Source: Podarcis vaucheri
Taxonomy: Eukaryota
DNA length: 64,000 nt
Direction: 5' to 3' (one strand)
Assembly: GCA_965113315.1 (NCBI GenBank)
Contig: OZ220376.1
Position numbers and translations under genes: made by a program. The notes beneath the pieces are model-generated. The model was not told the origin of the DNA. It searched no databases and saw only the letters and a program-made list of their open reading frames with translations. Positions 62,924 through 64,000 of this stretch are shown here, in pieces (position 1 is the stretch's first letter; the number at the start of each line of letters is the position of its first letter).

Positions 62924-63703
62924 CTGGTTAAACCCCCCCCCAAAAAAAACTGTGTTAAAATTAATAGAATTTCAAGTCATTTGGCAATTCTATAGCCTGT
63001 TCCAAATAAACTGCACCTTACACAGGAGGCAGGGAAGGGCTCACAGGTTATTATGCAACTGGACTTTGGCGCAACCTGGGGTACAAAATGTAGTACCTTC
63101 TTGAACATAAAAGTAAGGAAGCTCAGGACTGCTAGCTCTCTGCGTTTATCATCCAATGGTGGGAAGCAGGGAAGGCCAAGCAGCTTTCTAAAGGAAACAA
63201 TGGGCTTCTGAATTTAGGTAACAGACATGGGAGTCTGGCAGGTCCAAGGATCACACTAGACATGATGGTGCTGTAAGACCAGTCTCTTTACTTGCAGCCC
63301 TGACCTGAGCACATGTCAAGCAAGGAAAGGGTGTGTGTCCTGTGTGCATTCTGTTTTGAGAACAAAGGAAGACATAGGGAAGGGGTACTAATTTCTCTCC
63401 ATGTCCGCTGCTTATGCCGGGTTCATTTCTGGTACTTCTGGAAGACAAGATTGTGGGGAGTGAGGCAACCTGTGGAGGGAGGGGGAGCTATTTCAACAAC
63501 CCCTCCTCCTCGTGCACCCCTTTCATTCTTAAAATTAGAACTCCTCCTTTACACATGATTGAGCCAAGTGCACTTTTAAAGAGGTGGGTCAACCTCTGCA
63601 TCTAAATTTGACTCAAAACATCTTATTAAAAGGGAGTCAAGAGAAGGATAATAGGTTCTCATTATGGTTCACATCAGACTTGAATCACCCTTCCAATGAC
63701 TGG

Positions 63704-63745
<42 letters not shown>

Positions 63746-64000
63746 TTTATTTATATCCCGCCCTCCCCAGCCGAAGCCGGGCTCAGGGCGGCTAACAACA
63801 ATCAAATAATCAGTCAAATAATCACACAATCTAAAAAATTTCATTATAAAAATTAATTAAATCAAATTGATGGCAACCAATTAAGCAAAATTCTGTGCAG
63901 GTTGCCAGAGGAGGGAGTCAGGCTGCGCCCTGACCAAAGGCCTGGCGGAACAACTCTGTCTTGCAGGCCCTGCGGAAAGATGTCAGGTCCCGCAGGGCCC
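63704..64000 (-). mobile_element. (ATA)n microsatellite tail plus 3' end of an L2-like LINE running off the window
   Basis: About 13 ATA units (63704-63742) abutting tttatatcccgccctcccc...gggctcagggcggctaaca, an L2-type 3' stem-loop end in reverse orientation. Confidence 0.7.

Overview
Vertebrate genomic DNA, almost certainly a squamate reptile and probably a lacertid lizard (inferred from Sauria SINE, Squam3-like SINE, CR1 and Penelope-like repeats). It holds three intron-containing protein-coding genes, reconstructed exon by exon from GT-AG junctions and reading-frame phase. (1) LUC7L, complete, + strand: 10 coding exons, 828-15322, 372 aa, with a 326-aa isoform if intron 9 is read through. 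(2) NME4 (mitochondrial NDP kinase), complete, - strand: 5 exons, 21053-26682, 200 aa, convergent with LUC7L. (3) XPO6 (exportin-6), - strand: the last 22 coding exons, 32147-62923; the 5' end lies beyond the window. There are two CpG-island promoters, one 165-N assembly gap and many interspersed repeats. Nearly all other ORFs in the track are spurious. I did not find a clearly new gene system. The best leads are: candidate poison/alternative-start exons in LUC7L intron 1; a U1-snRNA-like sequence able to pair with the LUC7L microexon donor; a 116-bp near-perfect fold-back in an XPO6 intron; a MITE carrying a tandem array of hairpins; and a LUC7L-NME4-XPO6 gene order that differs from human. 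Human comparisons are from memory and need checking.
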